Below are positions 18,787 to 27,521 of a stretch of DNA of 64,000 nucleotides, piece after piece (position 1 is the stretch's first letter; each line of letters opens with the position of its first letter). The notes below the pieces were generated by a model. It was not told the DNA's origin and did not search any database. It worked only from the letters and a program-made list of their open reading frames with translations. The position numbers were made by a program, and so were the translations under genes. Location: contig NZ_RAVX01000011.1 in assembly GCF_003611605.1 (NCBI RefSeq), positions 68,811 through 132,810 on the forward strand. The letters run 5' to 3'. This DNA comes from Corallococcus sp. AB011P. Its GTDB lineage: Bacteria; Myxococcota; Myxococcia; Myxococcales; Myxococcaceae.

Positions 18787-21300
18787 CTAGTGGACCTCGG
18801 GCGGGGGCGCCCCCAGCTTCTCCAGCAGCTTCTCCACCGGATCGCTGTCCTGGCTGACGTCCGCCATGGCGGCCCGGTACTCGATGGAGGTCACCTGCTC
18901 CACGTCCGGCATCAGGCGGTTGATGACCGTGCGCGCCGCGTCCGCGTTGCACTCGGGCAGCACCACCGCGAAGACGCCCAGCCCCAGATGGGAGATGGAG
19001 TCCGGGTGGCGCACGCGCTTGCGCATCACCTCCGCCATGTTGGGCGGCATGACGTCCAGCTCGCGGTCCGGACGCAGCACCGCCAGCGTGAGGGCGCGGT
19101 GGTAGCGCCGGCTGCGGGCCACCTCCTGCTCCAAGCGCAGGAGCAGGCCGCGGCGGTCGAGCAGGCCCGTCGCCGGATCGCTGCCGGTGCGCCGCTGCAG
19201 CGAGTTCGTCTTGTCCTGCTGTTCCTTGTCGCCCTGGCGCAGCTTGAGCGCGCGCTCGGTGCGGTTGAGCAGCTCCACCGCGTTGAAGGGCTTGGCCATG
19301 TAGTCCACCGCGCCCAGGTTGAGCGCGCGGACCTTGTCGGCCACGCCCTGGTGGGCGGACAGGAGGATGACCGGGATGTGCGCCGTGTCCGACGAGGACT
19401 TGAGCGCCATGGCCGCGTCCAGACCGTCCAGCTTGGGCAGGAACACGTCCATCACCACCAGGTCCGGCCGTGAAGCGCGCGCCTTCGCCAGGCCCTCCGC
19501 GCCGTCGCGCGCCACCTCCACGCGGTACTTCGAGCGCAGCACCTCCGACAGCACCGCCGCGATTTCGGGCTCGTCCTCCACCACCAGCACGCGCGGCTGC
19601 TCGGGCGCGGCGCCGGGCGCGGGCTGCGGCCGGGGGTTGCGCGCGGCCTCCTGCGCCAGGGGCAGCGTGAAGACGAAGGTGCAGCCGCCGTCGGCCGGGC
19701 TCTCCGCCCAGATTTCACCGCCGTGCAGCTCCACGAACTCCTTGCAGATGGCCAGCCCCAGCCCCGTGCCCTTGGGCCCGTGACGGTACCGGTCGAAGAC
19801 GAGGTGCAGCTCGTCCGGGGGAATGCCCACCCCGTTGTCGCTCACCATCACCCGCACCGCGTCGCCGTCCGGCCGCGACAGCCGCTGCGTGCGCACCACC
19901 ACCACGCCCGGGTCGCTGGCGTGCTGGATGGCATTGCTGATGAGGTTCTGCAGCACCTCGTGCAGCTTCACCTCGTCGCCAATCAGCATCAGGCTGTCGG
20001 GGCACTCGGAGCGCAGCGACACGGCCTTCTCCGCCGCGAGGATCTCCAGCTCCGCCACGGCGTCGCGGCACAGCTGCGCCACGTCCAGCACGCGGGGCTC
20101 GATGGAGAGACGCGCCGCCTCGCCCTTGCCCTTCTCCAGCAGGGACTCGACCAGGGTGAGGATCTTCCGGCCCTGGCGGATCATCGCCTCCGCGGACTGC
20201 TTCTGCTGCGTCTCCAGCGGCCCTTCCAACAGCAGCCGGCCGTGCCCCAGGAGCACCTGGAGCGGCGCGCGCAGGTCGTGGCTGCACACCGCGATGATCT
20301 CATCCTTGAGGCGGTTGAGCTCCTTCAGGCGGCGGTTCGCGTCGTTGAGCTCGCGGTAGCGCTCCACGTACGCCAGCTCCAGGTCCTCGCGCTTCTTCTT
20401 CACCGCCGTGTGCAGGCGCGCGTTGCGGATGGAGTTGGCGAGCACACCCGCCACCGCCTCCGCGAACTCCTGCTCGTCGCGCCCGATGGACGCCTCGCCC
20501 TTGGACACGCGCAGGAAGAGCGCGCCCAGCAGGTCGTCCTGGCAGATGAGCGGCTGCACCAGGATGGACTTCACGCCTTGCGGCAACAGCGACGTGCGCA
20601 CCTCCGCCATCAGCGGGTCGCGCTGCGCCTCTTCAATCAGGACGGGCTGCCGCGTCTCCAGCGCGCGGCGCAGCTCCGGGTAGCGCGCCACCTCGATGTC
20701 CAGCTGGACGAGGCTGGGGTCCTCCTGCGTCGCGACGACCGTGGCCGTGCGCGCGTGGCTGCCCTCCACCAGCACCACGGAGCAGCGGTCCGTGCCCGTC
20801 ACCTGGCCGACCTTCTCCACCGCGATGCGGAGGATCTCCTCCAGCTCCAGCGAGCTGGTGGCCGCCTGGGTGATTTCGAGCAGCATCCCCATGCGCATCC
20901 GGATGCGCTCCTCGCGCTCCTTGAGCCTCCAGGCGCGCAGGGCGGACTCCAGCCGGGGCACCAGCTCATCCGCGCCACGCACGAAGTCGTCCACCGCCAG
21001 CCGCTTGAAGGCCTCCGCCGAGCGCGCGCGGCCCTGATCCACCAGCACCGGCAGGCGCTGGAGCTTGTCCGTCTTGCGCACCGTCTCCAGCAGCTCCGCC
21101 GCCCGCTTGGCCGTCACCGCCAGGAGCACCACCTCCGGCTGGAGCTGATCCACCATCTCCGCCAGCCCGGTCTCCCGTTCCGTGGAGGCGCACTGGTAGC
21201 CACTCGCCGTGAGCCGCTCCACCAGCGCGTCACCCGCGGCCTTCGCCGCGAGCACCAGCACCCGCCCCCGCTGCTCAGACGACAACATCTCGATCCTCAC
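18787..21300 (-). CDS. sgmT: Hybrid sensor histidine kinase: pseudo-receiver, GAF, HisKA/HATPase, REC, degenerate GGDEF (SgmT-like c-di-GMP receptor kinase)
   Basis: It has an H-box AVCSHDLRAPL, an N/G box DNGVGIP...GTGLGLAI and a REC domain (LVVEDE...DLVVMDVFLPKLDG). A C-terminal GGDEF-fold domain is present but GGDEF is replaced by HLGLGVF. The architecture and genomic position match M. xanthus SgmT. Confidence 0.75.
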   Translation of the reverse strand: MRIEMLSSEQRGRVLVLAAKAAGDALVERLTASGYQCASTERETGLAEMVDQLQPEVVLLAVTAKRAAELLETVRKTDKLQRLPVLVDQGRARSAEAFKRLAVDDFVRGADELVPRLESALRAWRLKEREERIRMRMGMLLEITQAATSSLELEEILRIAVEKVGQVTGTDRCSVVLVEGSHARTATVVATQEDPSLVQLDIEVARYPELRRALETRQPVLIEEAQRDPLMAEVRTSLLPQGVKSILVQPLICQDDLLGALFLRVSKGEASIGRDEQEFAEAVAGVLANSIRNARLHTAVKKKREDLELAYVERYRELNDANRRLKELNRLKDEIIAVCSHDLRAPLQVLLGHGRLLLEGPLETQQKQSAEAMIRQGRKILTLVESLLEKGKGEAARLSIEPRVLDVAQLCRDAVAELEILAAEKAVSLRSECPDSLMLIGDEVKLHEVLQNLISNAIQHASDPGVVVVRTQRLSRPDGDAVRVMVSDNGVGIPPDELHLVFDRYRHGPKGTGLGLAICKEFVELHGGEIWAESPADGGCTFVFTLPLAQEAARNPRPQPAPGAAPEQPRVLVVEDEPEIAAVLSEVLRSKYRVEVARDGAEGLAKARASRPDLVVMDVFLPKLDGLDAAMALKSSSDTAHIPVILLSAHQGVADKVRALNLGAVDYMAKPFNAVELLNRTERALKLRQGDKEQQDKTNSLQRRTGSDPATGLLDRRGLLLRLEQEVARSRRYHRALTLAVLRPDRELDVMPPNMAEVMRKRVRHPDSISHLGLGVFAVVLPECNADAARTVINRLMPDVEQVTSIEYRAAMADVSQDSDPVEKLLEKLGAPPPEVH

Positions 21301-21742
21301 GGCGCGCCTCCGCCCCGCCCAGACAGGGAACGACGTCGCGGAAACCCGTTGGGTGCGAAAGAGGTCATGGTCGATTCCGGATCATGCCGTCTAACCCGTC
21401 CGCGGGCCAGCAGATGAACAGGGCTCTCCTCAAGCGAGAGGGGTGGGAAAAGGCGCGCGACGTATACCCCGGACCGGTGTTCTTCCTCCGGAATCCCGCA
21501 CGCGCGTGATGGTCCGATGACCGGAAACCGCCCGCCCACCCCCTTGTAGGGGTGGAATCCCACGAAAACAGTCAGGCTGTCACTTTCTTCCAACACCACC
21601 CTTCCCGTCCGGTTGGCGGCTGGGCGGGCGGGCAGGCGCCGGGCGGGGATTTTCAGGGGTTCTCTCGATCAGGACTCCGGGGGAAGGGCCCTGGGACGTG
21701 GCCCCGCCCGCTTCCCGAGGGAGCGCGGTAGAGTGCGAAACC

Positions 21743-23320
21743 ATGCACTCCGTCCCTTCGCGCCCGTTCGCGCCGCGGGCCTTCCTGGCCTTGCTGACCC
21801 TCTGTGCTTCCGTGTTCGCCGCCTGTGGTGGTGAGAAGCCGGCTCCCATTCCGGACCCGCCGACGGTGACACTCACCGTGCCGCAGCCGAACACGGCGGC
21901 CCCGTCGCTGACGGTGCGGGTCATCGTGTCCGGGTGTGACTCCGTGTCGCGGGTGGACATCTACGACCGGGACACGTTCCTGAAGACCGTGCCCTACACC
22001 AGCGGGTCCATGGACTTCGAGCTGGCCCAGAATGAGATCAAGTACACCCGCGGGCTCGCCGTCAGCCTGTCGCTCAACGCGCGGGCGACGTGCGCGGACG
22101 GCCGGACGAACTCGTCCCAGCCTCAGCCGGCCACGTTCCTGCCGGTGACGAAGGTCATCAAGGATCCGGATCCCAACGGCCAGGTGGTGACGGACTTCTT
22201 CACCGCCGAGGGCAGCGGCACGAACGTCGCCTTCATCGGGTGCGGCATCACCACGACCGGCACCGGCACGCTCTACCGCGTGGACTCGGCGGGCGTGGTG
22301 AGAAACTCCCTGGAGATGCAGATCCCCTGCAGCGCGGCCACGGTCGTCACCGAACTGAATCCGACCAGCAACAAGCGCTGGGTGTGGACCCCGGGCTTCG
22401 GCGCGATCGCCGTGGACTCGAACTTCGTCGTCTCGGGCAAGACGGCGCCGTCCTACAAACTGAAGAACCTGTCCGTCATGAGCAACGGCGACGCGCTCGT
22501 GAGTGACGGTCCTACCGTGTCGCGGCTCCAGCACACTGCGACGGGCGGCACCTTCCAGTGGACCTACCAGCAGCCGTGGGCGCCCGTGGGGCCGGCGAAG
22601 CAGGTGGCCGAGAAGGTCCTCATCCCCATCGTGCGCGTGCCCCAGGTGTCGACCGGGCTCCTGGTGGAGCTGGTGGTGGTCACGGTCGACGCGACCAAGA
22701 CGGGGGGGGGAGCCCCCTCCACGGTGGATGAGCGCACCATTCTGCAGTTCACGGGCGCGGTGGAGCATCCCCCGCTCACTGCGTTCAACACCGACGGCTC
22801 GGTCATCTACATCTCCTTCCCCTTCAACAACAACCAGGCGCGCGTGCAGGCGTGCCTGACCGCACAGGACGGCTGCGAGGGCTCGGCGCACAAGTGGGAT
22901 TCGCAATTCTTCCCCGTGGAGATCCAGGGCGTGTTCCCCTATGCGGCGGGCTCGCGGCTGGCCATCGTGGGCCTGCAGCGCGTCTGGTTCCTGGACAGCG
23001 AAAACGGCCTCGTCGCCAACAAGGGCGGCACCTCCGTGGACGCGTCCGGCCAGTTGCTGATCCTCCAGGTCCAGATGGGCCGCGCCACCAGCTCCGAGTT
23101 CTACATCCTGGCCGGCCCGGCCCCGGGTTCCTCCGGCCTGCCCACCATGCCCCAGGAGATCATCGCGGTGGACACCGCCGAAAAGGGCGAGCTGTTCCGC
23201 TACGAGGTCTCCAGCAGCCTGTCCTGCTCCGTGGATGACAGCGGGCGGCTGTGGATGCGCCTGGGCAACAACCTGGTCCAGGCACTCACGCTGCCCGAAT
23301 ACCGCGCCGTCAAGCCGTGA
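21743..23320 (+). CDS. Hypothetical secreted lipoprotein (about 526 aa)
   Basis: It has a lipoprotein signal ALLTLCASVFAACGG and no recognised domain. A start at MHSVP is preferred over the upstream ATG at 21698. Confidence 0.55.
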   Translation: MHSVPSRPFAPRAFLALLTLCASVFAACGGEKPAPIPDPPTVTLTVPQPNTAAPSLTVRVIVSGCDSVSRVDIYDRDTFLKTVPYTSGSMDFELAQNEIKYTRGLAVSLSLNARATCADGRTNSSQPQPATFLPVTKVIKDPDPNGQVVTDFFTAEGSGTNVAFIGCGITTTGTGTLYRVDSAGVVRNSLEMQIPCSAATVVTELNPTSNKRWVWTPGFGAIAVDSNFVVSGKTAPSYKLKNLSVMSNGDALVSDGPTVSRLQHTATGGTFQWTYQQPWAPVGPAKQVAEKVLIPIVRVPQVSTGLLVELVVVTVDATKTGGGAPSTVDERTILQFTGAVEHPPLTAFNTDGSVIYISFPFNNNQARVQACLTAQDGCEGSAHKWDSQFFPVEIQGVFPYAAGSRLAIVGLQRVWFLDSENGLVANKGGTSVDASGQLLILQVQMGRATSSEFYILAGPAPGSSGLPTMPQEIIAVDTAEKGELFRYEVSSSLSCSVDDSGRLWMRLGNNLVQALTLPEYRAVKP

Positions 23321-23329
23321 CGGCGGCCC

Positions 23330-24070
23330 TCAGGGCCTGTCGGCGACGAGGAGCGCTTCCACGTTGCCGGCGGGCCCGGGCACGGGTGAGTCCATCACCC
23401 CACGAACGCTGAGCCCGTGCTCGCGCACGAACGCCGTCACGGTGTCGATGGCGTCCTGCCGCGCTTCCGGGTCGCGCACCACGCCGCCCTTGCCCACCCG
23501 CTCCGGCCCCACCTCGAACTGGGGCTTCACCAGGGCGATGAGCAGGCCGCCCGGTGAGAGGAACGGCAGCACCGACGGCAGCACCTGGGTGAGCGAGATG
23601 AAGCTCACGTCGATGACGACCACGCCCACCTTCTCCGGCAGGTCCTCGTCCGTGAGGTAGCGCGCGTTGACCCGCTCGCGGGAGCGCACGCGCGGGTCCA
23701 CGCGCAGCTTCTCGTGCAGTTGGCCGTAGCCCACGTCGATGGCGTGCACCCGCACCGCGCCGTGCTGGAGAAGGCAGTCGGTGAAGCCGCCGGTGCTGGC
23801 GCCGATGTCCGCGCCCACGCGGCCCGTCACGTCCAGGCCGAAGCGGTCCATGGCCGCCTTCAGCTTGAGGCCGCCGCGCGACACGTACGGCAGCACCTCG
23901 CCCTTGAGGCGCAGCTCGGCCTCCACGGGGACCAGGGAGCCGGGCTTGTCCACGCGCTGGTCCGCCACCACCACCTGGCCGGCGAGGATGAGCGCCTGCG
24001 CCTTGGTGCGCGACTCGGCGAGCCCGCGCTCCACGACCAGCACGTCCAGGCGTTCCTTCTTCGGCTTCAC
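23330..24070 (-). CDS. tlyA: TlyA family rRNA (cytidine-2'-O)-methyltransferase
   Basis: It has an S4 domain plus an FtsJ-like methyltransferase domain (GADIGASTGGFTD). Confidence 0.85.
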   Translation of the reverse strand: MKPKKERLDVLVVERGLAESRTKAQALILAGQVVVADQRVDKPGSLVPVEAELRLKGEVLPYVSRGGLKLKAAMDRFGLDVTGRVGADIGASTGGFTDCLLQHGAVRVHAIDVGYGQLHEKLRVDPRVRSRERVNARYLTDEDLPEKVGVVVIDVSFISLTQVLPSVLPFLSPGGLLIALVKPQFEVGPERVGKGGVVRDPEARQDAIDTVTAFVREHGLSVRGVMDSPVPGPAGNVEALLVADRP

Positions 24071-25824
24071 CGGCTCTCCTCTCCCAGCAGCGCACGGCCC
24101 GCGCGCCGCAGGCCCGCCGCGTCCAGTCCCAGCTGCGTGCGCTGCACCCGCGCGTCCCCGTGCGGCAGGAAGACATCCGGCATGCCCAGGAGCGTCACCC
24201 GGGGGGACACGCCCGACGCGGCGTACAGCTCCAGCACCGCGCTGCCCAGGCCGCCCCGCACGGTGCCCTCCTCCGCCACCACCACGTGCCCGCCCGCCGC
24301 GGCCTCCAGGAGCGCGGCCTCATCCAGGGGCCACGCCCGGCGCGCGTCCAGCACGCTCCAGTCCGGCTCGCTCCGCACGGCCTCCAGCGCGGACAGGCCC
24401 AGCGGGCCCAGCGTCACCAGCGTCAGCCGCGAGCCGGCCACGCGCTTCAGCCAGCGGGCGCCCGACACAGACACCTCGGACTCCGTTCGCGCCAGCTCCG
24501 GCGGGAGGTCCGGCAACGTGCCGCGCGGGAAGCGCAGCACGGAGGGCCCGGGGGCCTGGAGCGCGGTGGCGAGCATGGGCCCCAGGTCCTCCCCCACCAC
24601 CGGGGCCCACTGCGTGAGGCCCGGCAGCGGCCGGAGGAAGGACACGTCGTAGGCGCCCTGGTGCGTGGCGCCGTCCGCGCCCACGAGCCCCGCCCGGTCC
24701 ACCGCGAAGACGACGGGCAACCCCGGCAGGCACACGTCGTGGACGATCTGGTCGTACGCGCGCTGGAGGAAGGTGGAGTAGATGACGCACACCGGCTTCG
24801 CGCCCGCCGCGGCCAGCCCCGCGCAGAACGTCACCGCGTGCTGCTCCGCGATGCCCACGTCGTGCACGCGGTCCGGGAAGCGCGCCTTCAGGCCGGTGAG
24901 CGCGCTGCCCTCCAGCATCGCGGGCGTCACGGCCACCACGCGCGGATCCCGCTCCAGCGCATCACCCAGCACCTGGGCGAAGGCCTCGCTGTACGTGGGC
25001 CGTCCCCCGCGCGAGCGCACCAGCTTGCCGTCGCGCCACTCGTACGGCCCCATCGCGTGGCCGCGCGTCTGCTCGTCGGCCTCCGCGGGCGGAAAGCCCC
25101 GCCCCTTCTTCGTCAGCGCGTGCACCACCACCGGGCGCGATGACGCCTTCGCCTCGCGCAGCGCCCGCGTGAGCGCGCCCAGGTCGTGCCCGTCCACCGG
25201 GCCCAGGTAGGTGAAGCCCAGCGACTCGAAGAAGGCGCGGGCGTTGCGCGTGCGCAGGAGCGCGGGGATGGCGCCCACGTTCGCGCTGATGGACATCTGG
25301 TTGTCGTTGAGCACCACCACGAGCGGCAGCGGGCTGCCCCCCGCGTTGTTGAGCCCCTCGAAGCTCAGGCCCCCGGTGAGCGCGCCGTCGCCCACCACCG
25401 CCACCACGTGGCCCGAGTGGCCCAGCTGCCGCCGGCCGGAGAGCAGGCCCAGCGCAGCGGAGATGGCCGTGCACGCATGCCCGGCCGCCAGCGCGTCATG
25501 GTGGCTCTCCCGCGGATCCAGGAACGGCGCGATGCCGTCCGCCTGCCGCAGCGTGTGCATGCGGTCGCGCCGGCCGGTGAGCAGCTTGTGCGCGTACGCT
25601 TGGTGCCCCACGTCGAAGAGGAGCGCGTCCTGCGGCGTGTGGAAGACGCGGTGCAGGGCCACCACCAATTCCACCGCGCCCAGCGACGCGCCCAGGTGGC
25701 CGCCCACGCGGCCACACGTGGTGATGATGGCCTCGCGCAGCTCCTCGCACAGGCCGGGCAGCGCGTCCTCGGGGAGCGCGCGCACATCCGCGGGAGACGC
25801 GACACCAGACAGCACGTCCGCCAT
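24067..25824 (-). CDS. dxs: 1-deoxy-D-xylulose-5-phosphate synthase
   Basis: It has TPP-binding and transketolase-like motifs (GHLGASLG, GDGALTGG). Confidence 0.9.
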   Translation of the reverse strand: MADVLSGVASPADVRALPEDALPGLCEELREAIITTCGRVGGHLGASLGAVELVVALHRVFHTPQDALLFDVGHQAYAHKLLTGRRDRMHTLRQADGIAPFLDPRESHHDALAAGHACTAISAALGLLSGRRQLGHSGHVVAVVGDGALTGGLSFEGLNNAGGSPLPLVVVLNDNQMSISANVGAIPALLRTRNARAFFESLGFTYLGPVDGHDLGALTRALREAKASSRPVVVHALTKKGRGFPPAEADEQTRGHAMGPYEWRDGKLVRSRGGRPTYSEAFAQVLGDALERDPRVVAVTPAMLEGSALTGLKARFPDRVHDVGIAEQHAVTFCAGLAAAGAKPVCVIYSTFLQRAYDQIVHDVCLPGLPVVFAVDRAGLVGADGATHQGAYDVSFLRPLPGLTQWAPVVGEDLGPMLATALQAPGPSVLRFPRGTLPDLPPELARTESEVSVSGARWLKRVAGSRLTLVTLGPLGLSALEAVRSEPDWSVLDARRAWPLDEAALLEAAAGGHVVVAEEGTVRGGLGSAVLELYAASGVSPRVTLLGMPDVFLPHGDARVQRTQLGLDAAGLRRAGRALLGEESR

Positions 25825-26717
25825 CAGGACTTCCGCTCCACCGTGTAGCGCGCCAGCGCCGCCAGCGGACCGTCCACGCCCTCCAGTGGGCGCACCGCCG
25901 CCTCCGCCCGGGCCACCAGCTCATCGGCCATGCGGCGCGACTCGTCCAGCCCCACCACCGCCGGGAAGGTGAAGCGCCCGGCCTCCGCGTCCGCGCCCAC
26001 CGGCTTGCCCATGGCCTCCGCGCTGGAGGTCACGTCCAGCACGTCGTCGGCGATCTGGAAGGCCAGGCCCACCGCTTCACCGTACGTCACCGCGCTCACG
26101 AGCGCCGCCGCGTCGCCCCCGGCAGCCAGGACGCCCATCCGGCACGCCGCGAGGATGAGCGCGCCCGTCTTCATCCGGTGCAGCCGCAGGAGGTAGTCCA
26201 GCGTCGCGGTCCGGTCCGCCGCGATGTCCAGCACCTGCCCGCCCACCATCCCGCTCGCGCCCGCCGCGCGCGCCAGCTCCACGCACAGGATGCCGCGCAC
26301 CGGCTCCGGCCCTCCGGCGAGCACGTGGAAGGCCTCCGTCAACAGGCCGTCTCCGGCCAGCAGCGCCAGCGGTTCGCCGTAGACCTTGTGGCTCGTGGGC
26401 AGGCCCCGGCGCAGGTCGTCGTTGTCCAGGCAGGGCAGGTCGTCGTGCACCAGCGAATAGGTGTGCACGTACTCCAGCGCGCACGCCGCGTCCGCCACCA
26501 CGGCGTTGTCGGTGCTCGCCTTCGCCACCGCGTCCGCGAAGGCCAGGCACAGCACCGGGCGCAGGCGCTTGCCGCCCGCGAGCAGCGAGTAGCGCATGGC
26601 CTCCGCCAGCCGCGGCGGTGTGCCCTCGGGACCCAGGCGGTCCGCGCGTTCGAGCAGGAGCGCCTCCACTCGCGACTGATGCGTGCGCATGAAGGGTTCC
26701 AGGTTGAAAGCGGCCAT
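25824..26717 (-). CDS. ispA: Polyprenyl synthetase (farnesyl/geranylgeranyl diphosphate synthase)
   Basis: Both aspartate-rich motifs are present, LVHDDLPCLDNDDLRRG and FQIADDVLD. Confidence 0.85.
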   Translation of the reverse strand: MAAFNLEPFMRTHQSRVEALLLERADRLGPEGTPPRLAEAMRYSLLAGGKRLRPVLCLAFADAVAKASTDNAVVADAACALEYVHTYSLVHDDLPCLDNDDLRRGLPTSHKVYGEPLALLAGDGLLTEAFHVLAGGPEPVRGILCVELARAAGASGMVGGQVLDIAADRTATLDYLLRLHRMKTGALILAACRMGVLAAGGDAAALVSAVTYGEAVGLAFQIADDVLDVTSSAEAMGKPVGADAEAGRFTFPAVVGLDESRRMADELVARAEAAVRPLEGVDGPLAALARYTVERKS

Positions 26718-26722
26718 CGGCG

Positions 26723-27112
26723 TCAGGGCTCCTTCGCCACGTCAGCGGGGATGAGTTCGCGGATGCGCTTGACGAGCGCGTCCAGCTCCAGCGGCTTCAC
26801 GAAGTAGTCGGCCGCGCCGACCTCCATGCCGCGCCGCTTGTCCTCCGGGTCTCCCCGCCCGCTGATGAAGATGATGGGGATGTCCCGGAACTGCTTGTTC
26901 TGCTTCACGGCCTGACACAGCTCGAAGCCGTTGATCCAGGACATGTTCACGTCCAGGAGGATGGCGTGCGGCCGGTGCAGCTCGAGCGACGCGACGAGCC
27001 GCAGGCCATTGGCCGCGGACGTGACCTCGAACCCCTCGGCCCCCAGGGCCTCGGCGAGCAGCTCACGCGTGTCGCGGTCGTCATCGACAATCGTAATCTT
27101 CGGCTTCGACAT
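26723..27112 (-). CDS. Single-domain response regulator (REC)
   Basis: It is 129 aa with a CheY-like D-D-K constellation (DDD...LLDVNM...K). Confidence 0.8.
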   Translation of the reverse strand: MSKPKITIVDDDRDTRELLAEALGAEGFEVTSAANGLRLVASLELHRPHAILLDVNMSWINGFELCQAVKQNKQFRDIPIIFISGRGDPEDKRRGMEVGAADYFVKPLELDALVKRIRELIPADVAKEP

Positions 27113-27139
27113 GCCCGGCCTCCGCCCTTCCCCTGATGC

Positions 27140-27478
27140 CTAGAACGGGACATCGTCCTCCGGTGGCGGACGCGCCTGCGCGGTCGTCCGGGGGGCAGCC
27201 TGGGGAGCGGGACGGGCCGCCACCGCCAGCGGCGCCACCACGTCCTGGCCGTCCTCGTCCACCAGCAGCTGCTCGATTCGCTGCTCGGCCTCCGTGAGCA
27301 GCTTCTCGCCCCGGCGGACGAGGCGGATGCCCTCCTCGAACGCCTTGAGCGACTCTTCCAGTGACAGGTCGCCGCCTTCCAGCCGCGCCACTGTCTCTTC
27401 CAGGCGCGACACCACGTCCCCGTACTGCTCCGGGGCAGGCTCCACCTTGGGGTTCTTGTCCGACTTCGCCACGGCCAT
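27140..27478 (-). CDS. xseB: Exodeoxyribonuclease VII small subunit
   Basis: It is XseB-like (LEESLKAFEEGIRLVR) and lies adjacent to xseA. Confidence 0.8.
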   Translation of the reverse strand: MAVAKSDKNPKVEPAPEQYGDVVSRLEETVARLEGGDLSLEESLKAFEEGIRLVRRGEKLLTEAEQRIEQLLVDEDGQDVVAPLAVAARPAPQAAPRTTAQARPPPEDDVPF

Positions 27479-27521
27479 CCACCTCTCCCCGAGCGGGGCG
27501 CGGAATGTAGAGGGTGGCCCG

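Noticed and set aside
16043-18790. Plus-strand ORFs 16043..16921 and 17063..18790 and minus-strand ORFs 16041..17159 and 17991..18743
   Set aside because: They are antisense or alternate-frame to the hydrolase and TPR genes. The TPR-frame translation is the only one with recognisable repeats.
16895-18952. 5' extension of the TPR gene to ATG 18952
   Set aside because: It overlaps the 3' end of the sgmT-like gene by 165 nt. The translation there is Gly/Arg-rich. A start near 18745 gives a signal-peptide-like N-terminus.
19723-21417. 564-aa plus-strand ORF and 18790..19473 plus
   Set aside because: They are antisense to the hybrid histidine kinase.
21653-22906. 417-aa minus-strand ORF
   Set aside because: It is antisense to the lipoprotein gene. 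It is Arg/Gly/His-rich and lacks a signal peptide or domain.
23714-25972. Plus-strand ORFs 23714..24652, 24160..25143, 25186..25848 and 25211..25972
   Set aside because: They are antisense to tlyA and dxs.
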